IMG/VR virus record: IMGVR_UViG_3300043451_000181 | Location: 1 to 55,802 of that record | From: a virus | Lineage: Duplodnaviria; Caudoviricetes | DNA: 55,802 nucleotides | Strand: one strand, 5' to 3' | Shown here: in pieces, positions 35,372 to 45,102 of the stretch | Numbering within the stretch: position 1 is the stretch's first letter | Layout of the letters: the number at the start of each line of letters is the position of its first letter | Notes under the pieces: generated by a model | Seen by the model: only the letters and a program-made list of their open reading frames with translations | Told to the model about the DNA's origin: nothing | The model's database searches: none | Made by a program: the position numbers and the translations under genes

Positions 35372-36616
35372 ATGTCAATGACCTTCTACACCGGCTGGCA
35401 ATATCTGCTCATCGATGCTGCCACCCACTATGGCCACGATAAAGCCACGTTCGAACAACGCATCGCTTTCATTGAAGCCAATCTCCACCAGCTGGAGGCA
35501 TTGGCTGATCGCGCTGATTCCAAACCCTTGTACCTCAAGGCTGTGATGGCTATCCGTAAAGCCCAACAAGGCTTGCCCACTGGGCACCTTGTGGGTGTCG
35601 ATGGCTGCTGCTCTGGCATCCAGGTCATGTCCGTGCTGACCGGCTGTGAGGCTGGTGCCAAGGCTACTGGCCTCGTCGACCCCGATGTGCGTGCTGATGC
35701 CTACAGTGCTTGCACCACAGCCATGGACGAGATCCTCGGTGGCGGCTTCCACGTGTCTAGGGCTGATGCCAAGTCAGCCCTGATGACCAGTTTCTATGGC
35801 TCCAAGGCCCAGCCAAAGATCATCTTCGGTGAGGACACCAAGGAACTGGCAGCCTTCTATGAGGCGGCCAAAGCCATTGCACCTGGTGCCTGGGAACTGC
35901 TGCAGGACCTCTTGGCCAGCTGGCAACCCTACGCACTGAGTCATCAGTGGGTACTGCCGGACGGCTTTGATGCTCGTATCAAGGTCATGACCAAGAAAGA
36001 AGCACGCATTGAAGTCGATGAGCTCGACCATGCCAGCTTCACCTACGAGTTCTACGAGAACCAAGGGCAGAAGGCTGGGCTTAGCAATGCAGCCAACCTG
36101 ACCCACAGTGTGGATGCGTACATCCTACGTGCCATGCACCGCCGACTGAACTACGACCGTGAGGTTGTTGAACATGCCGCGGCACTGCTTGAGATCGAAA
36201 TGGTGTCTCGTCATCTGGGCCAGACCCCAGAAGTTGTAGACCCAGCAGATCCCATCTTTGCGTTCATCGCTCACTACGAGCGCAGCACTGTGGCTGATGT
36301 GGTGATCCTGCCCCACCTGACGGCCGAGAACACCTGCTTCCTGTCCAAAGCACACCTCGAGAAGCTGGCTGAGCTTGTCAACAACATGCTTCAGTACCAG
36401 CCATTCGAGCTTGTCACCATCCATGACGAGTTCAAAGCTCATGCCAACAACATGAACTGGGTGCGCTATCAGTACAAGGAAATCCTGGCTGATCTGGCCG
36501 ACAGCAACCTGTTGGACGATCTCCTGAGCCAGATCCACAAGTCTCAAGGCACCTTCCCAAAGTTGTCTCAGAACTTGGGAGATGTCATTCGAAAGTCCAA
36601 CTACGGACTGTGTTGA
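35372..36616 (+). CDS. RNA polymerase II subunit 2 (N4 gp16-like)
   Basis: Motif A GVDGCCSGIQ, motif B RADAKSALMTSFYG, ANLTHSVD, motif C TIHDEF. Confidence 0.93.
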   Translation: MSMTFYTGWQYLLIDAATHYGHDKATFEQRIAFIEANLHQLEALADRADSKPLYLKAVMAIRKAQQGLPTGHLVGVDGCCSGIQVMSVLTGCEAGAKATGLVDPDVRADAYSACTTAMDEILGGGFHVSRADAKSALMTSFYGSKAQPKIIFGEDTKELAAFYEAAKAIAPGAWELLQDLLASWQPYALSHQWVLPDGFDARIKVMTKKEARIEVDELDHASFTYEFYENQGQKAGLSNAANLTHSVDAYILRAMHRRLNYDREVVEHAAALLEIEMVSRHLGQTPEVVDPADPIFAFIAHYERSTVADVVILPHLTAENTCFLSKAHLEKLAELVNNMLQYQPFELVTIHDEFKAHANNMNWVRYQYKEILADLADSNLLDDLLSQIHKSQGTFPKLSQNLGDVIRKSNYGLC

Positions 36617-36657
36617 TCTAAACAGGCGACGTCCCGTCGCTTGGTGATAGGTAGAAC

Positions 36658-36695
36658 TGGGGCTCATCCGAAAGGATGGGCTCCATTTTTTTTTT
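36658..36695 (+). terminator. Intrinsic terminator ending the early region
   Basis: TGGGGCTCATCC-GAAA-GGATGGGCTCCA followed by T10. Confidence 0.85.
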
Positions 36696-36780
36696 GTCCA
36701 ACCCAAAAACTTCTAAACCGATATTCTGACTCGGTCAGAATTTCATTTTTCTACCATACCCAGCCTATAGAAAGAACAAA

Positions 36781-37494
36781 ATGGAAATCACGATCAATCT
36801 GGCCATCGAAGAGGCCATCAAGAAAGCAGTCAATGCTGAAGTCCTCGGCCCAGTGGTCGAAAAAGCTGTGTTCGGTGCGGTCAAGTCCGCCATTGAAGAT
36901 GCCACCGGCTACAGCAGCGAGTTCCGTAAAACCATGGCAGCTCAGCTCAAAGAAGCGCTGCCTCATGGTCTGGGTGTCGATGAGACAGCCAAGTTCCAAT
37001 TCATCCTGAACAACGCCATGCAGGCCCTGGTGCGTGAAACCAACACAGACACCGTGACCATTGCCATGCGCGAAGCCGTCAAGGCTGTGCTGCCTGAAGT
37101 CAACAAGGTAATCAAGGTCACCGAGCTACTGGAAATGGCTCGCGACGGCTTCCATGTTGAAAAGCATGAACCCTTCTATGCCTATTTCGAGGAATCGGAA
37201 TACGGCGGCGGCACGCTGTTCATGGACAGCGAAGAGCACCCAGGCGGCAGCTACCGCTCCCACCAAGATCGTGAAAGCGTGCGCTATGCAGCGCGCTACC
37301 GCCTCGCCTTCAGCAAAGACGGCGAGGTTTACTCCATGCGCATGGACGGCACCGACCTGACCATGACAAAAATCCCCCATGCCATCAGCCATTTAAATTC
37401 CACCCTACTTGCTCTCTATGTGGGCAAGTCCGTGATCGAACTCGACTGTGATCAAGACGACGTTGAATACGCCGCCCAAGCTCAATATGACTGA
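36781..37494 (+). CDS. Hypothetical protein
   Basis: 237-aa ORF with phage-typical codon usage; first middle gene. Confidence 0.7.
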   Translation: MEITINLAIEEAIKKAVNAEVLGPVVEKAVFGAVKSAIEDATGYSSEFRKTMAAQLKEALPHGLGVDETAKFQFILNNAMQALVRETNTDTVTIAMREAVKAVLPEVNKVIKVTELLEMARDGFHVEKHEPFYAYFEESEYGGGTLFMDSEEHPGGSYRSHQDRESVRYAARYRLAFSKDGEVYSMRMDGTDLTMTKIPHAISHLNSTLLALYVGKSVIELDCDQDDVEYAAQAQYD

Positions 37495-37831
37495 AAAAGA
37501 CCTGACCCAAATGTCCCTCGATGACCTCAAAAAGGAAGTCACCGGGGGCAAGATCCGCATCCATCCCCAAACCACCCTCGACTTCGAAGCCCTCGATGTG
37601 GCTGTCGAGCAGTACGAGGAAGCGCAGCGCAACAAGAAGCTACGTGAATGGTTGATTTACCAAGCACCTCCAGGTGTCTATGACCTGTTCATCAAGGAAC
37701 GGGAAAAGCAAGTCCAGCTCATGATTCAGCGCAGCAAATATGCCACTGGTGTCTGGACATTGTTGTGTCTTTTCATGGTTGGTCTTGCTGCTTACCAGAT
37801 CTATCAAGCCTGGAAGTTCACTGCACCATGA
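37487..37831 (+). CDS. Hypothetical protein with C-terminal TM helix
   Basis: Start MTEKDL overlaps the previous stop region; C-terminal hydrophobic segment. Confidence 0.55.
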   Translation: MTEKDLTQMSLDDLKKEVTGGKIRIHPQTTLDFEALDVAVEQYEEAQRNKKLREWLIYQAPPGVYDLFIKEREKQVQLMIQRSKYATGVWTLLCLFMVGLAAYQIYQAWKFTAP

Positions 37832-37956
37832 AAACCATCCTCATCACCATCGCCTGCACAGTGTTAACCACCACATTGCTGCTCGCTGCAGTGACCTTTT
37901 ACTACGTGTCTCAGAAGCCAAAGACATACACCTGCCAGAAACTGGAGGACATATGA
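37828..37956 (+). CDS. Small membrane protein
   Basis: ATGA-coupled; MKTILITIACTVLTTTLLLAAV. Confidence 0.5.
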   Translation: MKTILITIACTVLTTTLLLAAVTFYYVSQKPKTYTCQKLEDI

Positions 37957-38321
37957 GCAAAACCTTAAACGAGCTGATTGCCAAGTGCAGCAGTCTTGAA
38001 ACTCTGGCCCACCGCGCTTTGCTTGCCCTGGACGAAGACGACTTCCCTGAACTCCGTCAGGAGCTCCGTGATGCCCTCGACATCAAAACAAGAAACTCTG
38101 TAACCCTGACGCTTGAAAACTTCCCACCTCTTGAAGATCTCCAATACATGCTGGCTGAAGTGGATGCAGACGAGCTGCCTCTTCTAGAAGAAGACGATGA
38201 GCCAGAAGATGAAATCTGCTCTGGTTGCAGCGGCTCAGGAGAAGGCATGTACGACGGCGCCACATGCACCAAATGCCACGGCTCAGGAATTGAGCCCGTG
38301 GAGAAAGACGATGACCTATGA
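37953..38321 (+). CDS. Protein with C-terminal CxxCxGxG zinc finger
   Basis: GGAGG RBS; CSGCSGSG...CTKCHGSG (DnaJ-type repeat). Confidence 0.65.
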   Translation: MSKTLNELIAKCSSLETLAHRALLALDEDDFPELRQELRDALDIKTRNSVTLTLENFPPLEDLQYMLAEVDADELPLLEEDDEPEDEICSGCSGSGEGMYDGATCTKCHGSGIEPVEKDDDL

Positions 38322-38896
38322 CCTGTAAAGCCAAACAAGAAAACAACGGAGTGTGTCCACACCATAACCTGCAATGTGGGTGGCCTAAATGCAATGAGTT
38401 AGAGCAGGAGCCTGTGGCGTGGGTTCCGTATTTGAGCGACCGTGCCGATGGCGTAAAAGGCCATTACGCAATTGCAAGATGGAACCCAAGGGGTTACCGC
38501 GAAGTGTGGAATCTTCGCCGCCACGAGTGGGGGGCTTACAGCGATGATGTTTTGAGTCTTGAAGAAGCTGATACTTTGCTTCGGCTCATCACGATCCCAA
38601 CACGCAAAGTCACATCCCCGCAGCCACCACAGCGCAAGCCGCTGACGGATGAGTGGATTCCAGTTACACAAGCCTTGCTCAACGAGCAGCATGGCTGGCT
38701 TTACAAGCCTATGTGGATTGCCATGCCAAACGGCCATGTTTGCACAGGCTATTACGAATGGCGGCAAGGCCGATGCCCTGACCGCTTTATTACAGACGAC
38801 CTTGGTGACATGGACGCGTTTTCTGCATCGCACGTCATGCCACTGGTTAAGCCAAAAGCGCCATCAATCGAAGCCGCCCACGGCATTAAGGAGTAA
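38318..38896 (+). CDS. Mosaic hypothetical protein (QEPVAW / RKPLTDE / IEAAHGIK modules; DUF551-like part)
   Basis: ATGA-coupled; WIPV...SHVMPL segment resembles DUF551. Confidence 0.55.
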   Translation: MTCKAKQENNGVCPHHNLQCGWPKCNELEQEPVAWVPYLSDRADGVKGHYAIARWNPRGYREVWNLRRHEWGAYSDDVLSLEEADTLLRLITIPTRKVTSPQPPQRKPLTDEWIPVTQALLNEQHGWLYKPMWIAMPNGHVCTGYYEWRQGRCPDRFITDDLGDMDAFSASHVMPLVKPKAPSIEAAHGIKE

Positions 38897-38899
38897 GGC

Positions 38900-39091
38900 G
38901 TGATCAAAACAGTCCTCGCACCTGGTGCACCTTGGCCTGTCCATGCGCTTGAAGTGCCTTTGCCTGAAAAACCCAAAGTTCAGCCAAAGCCCAAAGCAAA
39001 AACCAAGCCAAAAAAGAAACCTAGCAAGATCGCCAGAACCAACCTCAAATACCTTGAGTGGGCTGGAAAGAATCTAGAAAGTGCTCTATGA
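38900..39091 (+). CDS. Lys/Pro-rich hypothetical protein
   Basis: AAGGAG RBS; GTG start. Confidence 0.55.
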   Translation: MIKTVLAPGAPWPVHALEVPLPEKPKVQPKPKAKTKPKKKPSKIARTNLKYLEWAGKNLESAL

Positions 39092-39279
39092 AGAAATATC
39101 TCGACCTGCTCGCTTACCCGATCGCAGTGCTGACCTGCTACATCCTGATGGCCTTTGCCAATTGGGATCGTGACCCAGGTACCTGGGATTGGAAAGCCAG
39201 AGCTCTTTGGATCATCTGGGCACTGGCCTGGGGCTTTGCCCTGAGCCTGCGCATCAGAACCAACAAGGAATTCACATGA
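39088..39279 (+). CDS. Small membrane protein
   Basis: ATGA-coupled; two hydrophobic helices around WDRDPGTW. Confidence 0.55.
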   Translation: MKKYLDLLAYPIAVLTCYILMAFANWDRDPGTWDWKARALWIIWALAWGFALSLRIRTNKEFT

Positions 39280-39416
39280 ACAGAATGAACCAACCCAGCC
39301 CCAAATGTAAACACGACTGGGCCACAGACAAGGCCTATCCCTTCCCTGCTTTCCGTTGCACCCGCTGCAATGAGTCCAAGCAGTTCCCTGAAGTCAAAGT
39401 AAAGAAAGCCAAATGA
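39276..39416 (+). CDS. Small Zn-ribbon protein
   Basis: AAGGA RBS; CKHDW...CTRC. Confidence 0.5.
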   Translation: MNRMNQPSPKCKHDWATDKAYPFPAFRCTRCNESKQFPEVKVKKAK

Positions 39417-39419
39417 CCC

Positions 39420-39764
39420 ATGACACCGTTGTACCTCAAGTTCAGCAGCTACGCAGCTGACATTCACCCCTGCAATAAGTTTGTAGTTGATTTCACTGCT
39501 GAGAAACTGCTCGACATCATTGGTTGTTGCCACTTCCACGAGCCTTTAACCGTCACTGAAGCCATGGAGCTCCAGGAGATTGGCTCTCCAGCAACCATTC
39601 ACCGCAAGCTCGACGATCTTCTGACAGCCGGCCTCATCTGGCATGAGCAAGTCGGAGACGATCGACGCACCAAATACCTTCGACTCACAGCCAAAGCCAT
39701 TGGTTACTACGCTTTGCTGAGCGAAGCCATGGTCAATGCCAGCTTAGAAAGGACTCAATCATGA
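39420..39764 (+). CDS. Winged-helix (MarR-like) DNA-binding protein
   Basis: SPATIHRKLDDLLTAGLI...DDRRTKYLRLT is a MarR-type wing motif. Confidence 0.7.
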   Translation: MTPLYLKFSSYAADIHPCNKFVVDFTAEKLLDIIGCCHFHEPLTVTEAMELQEIGSPATIHRKLDDLLTAGLIWHEQVGDDRRTKYLRLTAKAIGYYALLSEAMVNASLERTQS

Positions 39765-40102
39765 CTGTCAAGATCCTGAACGACGAATCCAAGAACTTCA
39801 TCGCTGCTGCCTACCGTGAACGAGTATATGACTCCGAAGAACTGGCTCAGCGCTACTTCGTCTCCAAACGGACCATTCAGCGAGTCCTCGTTGAAATGGG
39901 TGTCAACCGCGTGCGCAAGTATCGCGGCCGCAAGGCTGATCCTACCCAGATGCCCATCCAGATGTTTGAGCCTGACAGCCAGGACATCCAGATTCCTGAG
40001 ACTCCTGCACCGACCCTGTCTGCTCCGCTTCAACCACCAGAATCTTTGATGGCTCGCCTGTGGGCCCACATCAAGTTCTGTGCTTCCTACCCCTTCAAAT
40101 GA
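39761..40102 (+). CDS. HTH DNA-binding protein
   Basis: EELAQRYFVSKRTIQRVL HTH. Confidence 0.7.
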   Translation: MTVKILNDESKNFIAAAYRERVYDSEELAQRYFVSKRTIQRVLVEMGVNRVRKYRGRKADPTQMPIQMFEPDSQDIQIPETPAPTLSAPLQPPESLMARLWAHIKFCASYPFK

Positions 40103-40296
40103 ACCACGTTGCCATTTCCCAGCCGCCCATCCGGGCGGTTCCTATGGGCCTCTTTCCCACATTGGGAAGCCTGCAGGAGGTCTTTGATCTCGCAGATTCC
40201 CAGCTCCCCATCACCGACAAGAACAAGCTTTTCAGCTTGCTCTGCACCTACCACAACACTCTCCTGAAAGTTTCTGCATGTCACTCCAAACCATAG
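40099..40296 (+). CDS. Hypothetical protein (N4-like conserved)
   Basis: GLFPTxxSLQEV...LPIT...YHNTLL motif. Confidence 0.55.
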   Translation: MNHVAISQPPIRAVPMGLFPTLGSLQEVFDLADSQLPITDKNKLFSLLCTYHNTLLKVSACHSKP

Positions 40297-41075
40297 ATCG
40301 CATTCGACGTGCGATGAATATCTTTGCCACGAGCGAAGCTGAAATCCGTCCTCACTTCATCGTGACGGGTCCTAGTGGCTCTGGCAAAAGCCACACCATC
40401 CAGGCCCTAGCCGAAGAACTCGATCTGAATTACTTCGAGATCAACGCGGCCAGCCTGACCAAGGAAGGCACGTCTGGTAACAGCGTCTCCAAGGCCCTGA
40501 CCCCTGTCCTGCAATCAGCTGGCCAACCCATGATTTGCTTCGTCGACGAGTTCGACAAGCTTTTCATCAGCGGCAACTCCAACAGCTCATTGGCTCATGA
40601 AACCACCAACGGTGTGCAGAACGAATTCCTTAAGGTACTTGAAGGCACCGCTTCTGTCTATGGCGATTTCGGCAAGTACGTGAACGTCAAGACCGACAAC
40701 GTGCTGTTCGTCTTCGCTGGCGCTTTCAACGGAGAAGAGAATATCGATCTCGATCGCCTGCGAGAGTTCGGCATCAAGACCGAATTCCTTGGTCGTGTTG
40801 GCTTGGCTTATGGCCTGTCCAAAGTCACGCTCGAGGAAATGAAAAATATCCTCGAAAACAGCAAGCTCTTGGAGAAATACCTGAGCCTGTTCCCTGATGT
40901 GGCCAAGATCGACGTAGTCGACCTCATCATGGGCATCCTCGCTGAGAACTACGAGAAGAACACCATCGGTGTTCGCATGATCAACACGCTCATCCATCAA
41001 TACTTCATCGAAGGTGGTATCACCAAGAAAGAAGCCAAAAAGACGAGCTTTCAAAAAACCCTTTCCCTCAAATAA
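40278..41075 (+). CDS. ClpX/HslU-like AAA+ ATPase
   Basis: GPSGSGKS, FVDEFDKL, GVQNEFLKVLEG, TDNVLFVFAGAF and EFLGRV motifs. Confidence 0.8.
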   Translation: MSLQTIDRIRRAMNIFATSEAEIRPHFIVTGPSGSGKSHTIQALAEELDLNYFEINAASLTKEGTSGNSVSKALTPVLQSAGQPMICFVDEFDKLFISGNSNSSLAHETTNGVQNEFLKVLEGTASVYGDFGKYVNVKTDNVLFVFAGAFNGEENIDLDRLREFGIKTEFLGRVGLAYGLSKVTLEEMKNILENSKLLEKYLSLFPDVAKIDVVDLIMGILAENYEKNTIGVRMINTLIHQYFIEGGITKKEAKKTSFQKTLSLK

Positions 41076-41078
41076 CCC

Positions 41079-42098
41079 ATGCAAGTCAAAATCTCTCAAG
41101 CAGTGCCTATGGTCACTGATTTCATCAAGGCTGGAATCGTTCCCATGATTCACGGCTCCCCTGGTATTGGCAAAAGCCAGATCGTCCACCAAATTGCTGA
41201 GGCCCATGGCCTGAAGCTCGTGGACATGCGCTTGAGCCAATGCGATCCCACTGACCTTGCTGGCTTTCCCCAGATCGATGCAGCACGCGGCAAAGCAGGC
41301 TACCTGCCCATGGATACCTTCCCTCTTGAAGGTGAGGCTCCACCCACTGGCTACAACGGCTGGCTGTTGTTCTTCGATGAAGCCAACTCAGCTCCTAAAG
41401 CGGTGCAAGCAGCGGCTTACAAAATCCTCTTGGACCGCATGATTGGTCAGCGCAAGCTGCACAAGAACTGCGCACTCGTCGCTGCCGGCAACTTGGAATC
41501 TGACGGCGCCATCGTCGAAGAAATGAGCACAGCGTTGCAATCACGCTTGGCTCACATCGAGCTCACGCACGATGCCGACGCCTGGGTGGAATGGGCTCAG
41601 TTAAACGGTGTGAACCACAAGATCACCGACTTCATCAAGTTCAAACCTGGCCAGCTCTACACGTTCAAGCCAGACCACAATGACAAGACCTATGCGTGCC
41701 CACGCACCTGGGAATTTGCCAACCGTGTGTTGAACGTCACCGATGAAGGCTCGCCTGCACGCTTGCCCATGTTGGCCGGCACCTTGAGTGAAGGCGTGGC
41801 TCGTGAGTTCCTCACCTTCTGCAAGATCTACGAGAGCCTTCCCAAGCCCGCTGCCATCATCGCTGCTCCTGACACCATCAAAGTGCCAGTGGAACCATCG
41901 ATTCTGTACGCGTTGACTGGCTCCTTGGCTCACAACGCAACTGATCAGAACTTCACCTCCATGATGAAGTTCATTTCTCGTTTGCCTGTGGAATTCCAGG
42001 TGGTCACCATGCGTGAAACCATCCGTCGCAACAAGTCTATGATGAGCCACGCTGCTGTGCAGAAGTGGGTCACAGAGTCTGCGACCAAGCTGTTCTAA
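41079..42098 (+). CDS. MoxR-like AAA ATPase (N4 gp24-like)
   Basis: GSPGIGKS, LFFDE, AAGN, TALQSR and CPRTWE motifs. Confidence 0.85.
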   Translation: MQVKISQAVPMVTDFIKAGIVPMIHGSPGIGKSQIVHQIAEAHGLKLVDMRLSQCDPTDLAGFPQIDAARGKAGYLPMDTFPLEGEAPPTGYNGWLLFFDEANSAPKAVQAAAYKILLDRMIGQRKLHKNCALVAAGNLESDGAIVEEMSTALQSRLAHIELTHDADAWVEWAQLNGVNHKITDFIKFKPGQLYTFKPDHNDKTYACPRTWEFANRVLNVTDEGSPARLPMLAGTLSEGVAREFLTFCKIYESLPKPAAIIAAPDTIKVPVEPSILYALTGSLAHNATDQNFTSMMKFISRLPVEFQVVTMRETIRRNKSMMSHAAVQKWVTESATKLF

Positions 42099-42100
42099 AC

Positions 42101-42124
42101 AAGCCACCTTCGGGTGGCTTTTTT
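42101..42124 (+). terminator. Intrinsic terminator
   Basis: AAGCCACC-TTCG-GGTGGCTT-TTTT. Confidence 0.8.
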
Positions 42125-42136
42125 CTGAAAGTCTCT

Positions 42137-42322
42137 ATGTTTGAATTCTTCAAAAAACTCACCAAGCGACCCTCTGCTGAGGTGCTCGCTCAGGAGAGTC
42201 TCGAGGAAGCACGTCGCTGCTACCTCACGTCCAAGGCTTCGGCCGAATATCACGCCAAGATGGCTGAGTACTACTTGAACGTCGAAGATCGACTGACCAA
42301 GTACCTCGCCACCAAACGATAA
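42137..42322 (+). CDS. Small hypothetical protein
   Basis: MFEFFKK...; helical SAEYHAKMAEYY motif. Confidence 0.55.
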   Translation: MFEFFKKLTKRPSAEVLAQESLEEARRCYLTSKASAEYHAKMAEYYLNVEDRLTKYLATKR

Positions 42323-42353
42323 ATCAAACTGAGCCCATGGGGCTCGATGCCCT

Positions 42354-43502
42354 ATGACTCATCAACTCACTCCTCAAGACGCCCTGAACAAAGCCAAGAT
42401 TGCTCTCATGAGCAAGGCTGACTCGGCGTTCTTCACCACCCTTGCCTTCAGCCTGATTCACGAATTCAGTGATCAGGTGCGCACCGCTGCCACCAATGGT
42501 AAGCGAATCAAATACAACCCCGAGTTCTTCATGTCCTTGGACAACGAAGAGCGCGTGTTCCTGATGCTGCACGAAGCCATGCACTGCGCATACCTCCACA
42601 TGGAGCGCACTGCCGGCCGTGACCATGGACGCTTCAACATCGCAGCTGATCACGTCATCAACCTCCAGTTGAAAGATCGTGGTTTCAAGATGCCCGAATG
42701 CGGCATCGCTGACGATGATTACAGAGAGCTCTCCACCGAGCAGATCTATGACCTCTTGCCTGAGAACCCAAACGGCGGTGGATCGAGCAACGTCCCAGGC
42801 TTTGGCAACGACCTTGAAGAGCCTGAGGGAGGCAACTCCCCAGAAGCCCAAGAGCAGCTCCGTCAGGACATGCAAGACATCTTGGTGCGTGCCGCTCTCC
42901 AATCGCGAATGGCGAATGACAAACCGGGTTCGATCCCCGGCGACATTCAGATCTTCCTGGATCGGTTGCTCAACCCCAAGCTGCCATGGCAGCGGATCCT
43001 GCAGAAGTACCTGAACGCGTTCTCCAAGAACGACTACAGCTTCAAAAAACCGAATCGTCGATTCTTTCCCGACCACTACTTGCCCAGCATGTATGGCGAA
43101 AACCTGATCGACTTCGCAGCATTCGCCGATATCTCTGGCTCAGTGACTGACCATGAATTCCATGTTCAGGTTTCTGAAACAGCCGGGATCATGCGCATGA
43201 TGAAGCCAAAGCAAATCCTCTTTGGCCAGTTCGATACCGAAATCAAATCGGTCGAAAAGATCAACGACTTGCGCGACATGTCGAAGATCCAATTCACCGG
43301 CCGTGGTGGTACGTGCATTGAGCCCGTCATCGAATGGGCTAACAAAAACAAACCACAGCTCCTGATGGTGTTCTCCGATGGTGACTTCAATTTCCCTGAA
43401 GTTCAAACCAAGGTGCCCACCATCTGGCTCGTCTACAACAACCCCAACTTCACGGCACCTTTTGGCAAGGTGATTCACTATGAAATCCAAAACAAAGACT
43501 GA
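42354..43502 (+). CDS. Metallopeptidase + vWA domain protein (N4 gp25-like; DUF2201-type)
   Basis: TAATNG, HEAMH (HExxH), NIAADHVIN, MIDAS-like DISGS, GRGGT and FSDG. Confidence 0.85.
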   Translation: MTHQLTPQDALNKAKIALMSKADSAFFTTLAFSLIHEFSDQVRTAATNGKRIKYNPEFFMSLDNEERVFLMLHEAMHCAYLHMERTAGRDHGRFNIAADHVINLQLKDRGFKMPECGIADDDYRELSTEQIYDLLPENPNGGGSSNVPGFGNDLEEPEGGNSPEAQEQLRQDMQDILVRAALQSRMANDKPGSIPGDIQIFLDRLLNPKLPWQRILQKYLNAFSKNDYSFKKPNRRFFPDHYLPSMYGENLIDFAAFADISGSVTDHEFHVQVSETAGIMRMMKPKQILFGQFDTEIKSVEKINDLRDMSKIQFTGRGGTCIEPVIEWANKNKPQLLMVFSDGDFNFPEVQTKVPTIWLVYNNPNFTAPFGKVIHYEIQNKD

Positions 43503-43824
43503 CATCTTCGAAGCCATTGCCAAAGTCAATGCCAAGAAAGAGCCCAATCATTTCATCATTGAGCTCTCCTATAACAAGAAGCTGGTGTTACCTCACGACG
43601 CCGGCGTGGCCTTCATCAACGCATTGAAAGATGCGGAATTGATGACCGATGACTACGGCAAGGATCCGTGGATTGGGCCCTTGGATAAGGACTCGATCCG
43701 CGTGGCTTCCTTGGCCCATGCGCATTACGAAGACATCAAAGTCGCAGCCCTACTCAAAATCTCGCTTCAAGACCTTCATGAGGCGAGAAGCGGTACCCCT
43801 CAAAGAGACCCTTCATTTGTATGA
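43480..43824 (+). CDS. Hypothetical protein
   Basis: 114-aa ORF overlapping both neighbours. Confidence 0.55.
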   Translation: MKSKTKTDIFEAIAKVNAKKEPNHFIIELSYNKKLVLPHDAGVAFINALKDAELMTDDYGKDPWIGPLDKDSIRVASLAHAHYEDIKVAALLKISLQDLHEARSGTPQRDPSFV

Positions 43825-45080
43825 CCCTCGCCACCATCACCCTCACTGAGGACCAACAAAGTGCCCTAGACGCCTTTCATAAATTCCTGCTCGATCCGAT
43901 TGAGCAAGTGTTTGTGCTCAGCGGCTACTCGGGCTGTGGCAAGTCCACGTTGGTTCGAACCATCATTGATGAAGTCCCTGGCTTCATCCGCGCGGCAAAG
44001 CTCATCGATCCGTCCACCAAGGACTACACAATCGAGCTCACTGCCACCACCAACAAGGCGGCAGAGAACCTGGGCCAGATCACTGGCCACATGGCAGGGA
44101 CGATTCATTCGTTCCTGGGACTGCGCGTCAACACCGACTACAAGACCGGTGTGACGACGCTCACCCCACGCCGTGGGGCCATGCCGTTGGAAGGCTATCT
44201 GCTCTTCATCGACGAGGCCAGCTACGTCGACAAGCAGCTGCTGCAGATGATTTTCCAGCTCACTCGTGACTGCAAGATCGTCTTCATCGGCGACCCTGCG
44301 CAACTGACTCCAGTGAAGGCGACGAGCACACCCGTGTTCGATGCCAACTTCACTGGGGCCATGCTGAGCACTGTGGTTCGACAAGCCGAAGGCAACCCCA
44401 TCGTGGATCTCTCCACGAAGTTTCGCCACACCGTGAACACCGGGGAGTTCTTCAGCTTCAAGCCAGACGGCAATGCCGTCGTCTATCTGCAGCGTGACCA
44501 GTTCAACCAAGCCATCGAGCAAGAGTTCACTCGAGCCGATTGGAAGTACCAAGACTCCAAGGTCTTGGCCTGGACCAACAAATGCGTGATTGGCTACAAC
44601 CACTTCGTGCGCAACTCGGTCAAGGGTGATCCGCACTTTGCCGTGGGTGACTACGCAGTGGTGAATTCCTTCATCACCGTGGGCCAAGGCAAGAGCTTCA
44701 AAACAGACCAGCTCGTTGCCATCACAGGCATCGGCCCGGACGTCGAACACCGCGACGTGATGGGCAAGTGGTACACCTTGGAAAACGATGCAACGTGCTT
44801 CATGCCCAACCACCTGGCAGAGAAGAACAAACGCATTCGTGAAGCCAAGGCGAATAACGAGTTCACGCTCGTAGCCGAGATCGAAAGCCAGTGGATTGAT
44901 TTGCGTGCAGCCTATGCGTGCACAATTAACAAGGCCCAAGGCTCGACTTTCGATCGCGTGTTCATTGACCTCGATGACATCCGTCGTTGCAACTCGGGAG
45001 ACCAAATTGCACGAATGCTTTATGTCGGCGTAAGCCGCGCAAGACACCAAGTTTTCCTCACAGGGGATCTGGTGGCTTGA
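43821..45080 (+). CDS. SF1B (Dda/RecD-like) DNA helicase (N4 gp37-like)
   Basis: GYSGCGKS, IDEAS, GDPAQL, VVRQ, TINKAQGST and YVGVSRA. Confidence 0.92.
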   Translation: MTLATITLTEDQQSALDAFHKFLLDPIEQVFVLSGYSGCGKSTLVRTIIDEVPGFIRAAKLIDPSTKDYTIELTATTNKAAENLGQITGHMAGTIHSFLGLRVNTDYKTGVTTLTPRRGAMPLEGYLLFIDEASYVDKQLLQMIFQLTRDCKIVFIGDPAQLTPVKATSTPVFDANFTGAMLSTVVRQAEGNPIVDLSTKFRHTVNTGEFFSFKPDGNAVVYLQRDQFNQAIEQEFTRADWKYQDSKVLAWTNKCVIGYNHFVRNSVKGDPHFAVGDYAVVNSFITVGQGKSFKTDQLVAITGIGPDVEHRDVMGKWYTLENDATCFMPNHLAEKNKRIREAKANNEFTLVAEIESQWIDLRAAYACTINKAQGSTFDRVFIDLDDIRRCNSGDQIARMLYVGVSRARHQVFLTGDLVA

Positions 45081-45102
45081 TCACCAACCCTTTGAGTAAA
45101 TC

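Noticed and set aside
41079-43502. MoxR AAA plus vWA-metallopeptidase pair as a novel system
   Set aside because: This is a known conserved N4 gp24/gp25-type pair; annotated as a feature only.
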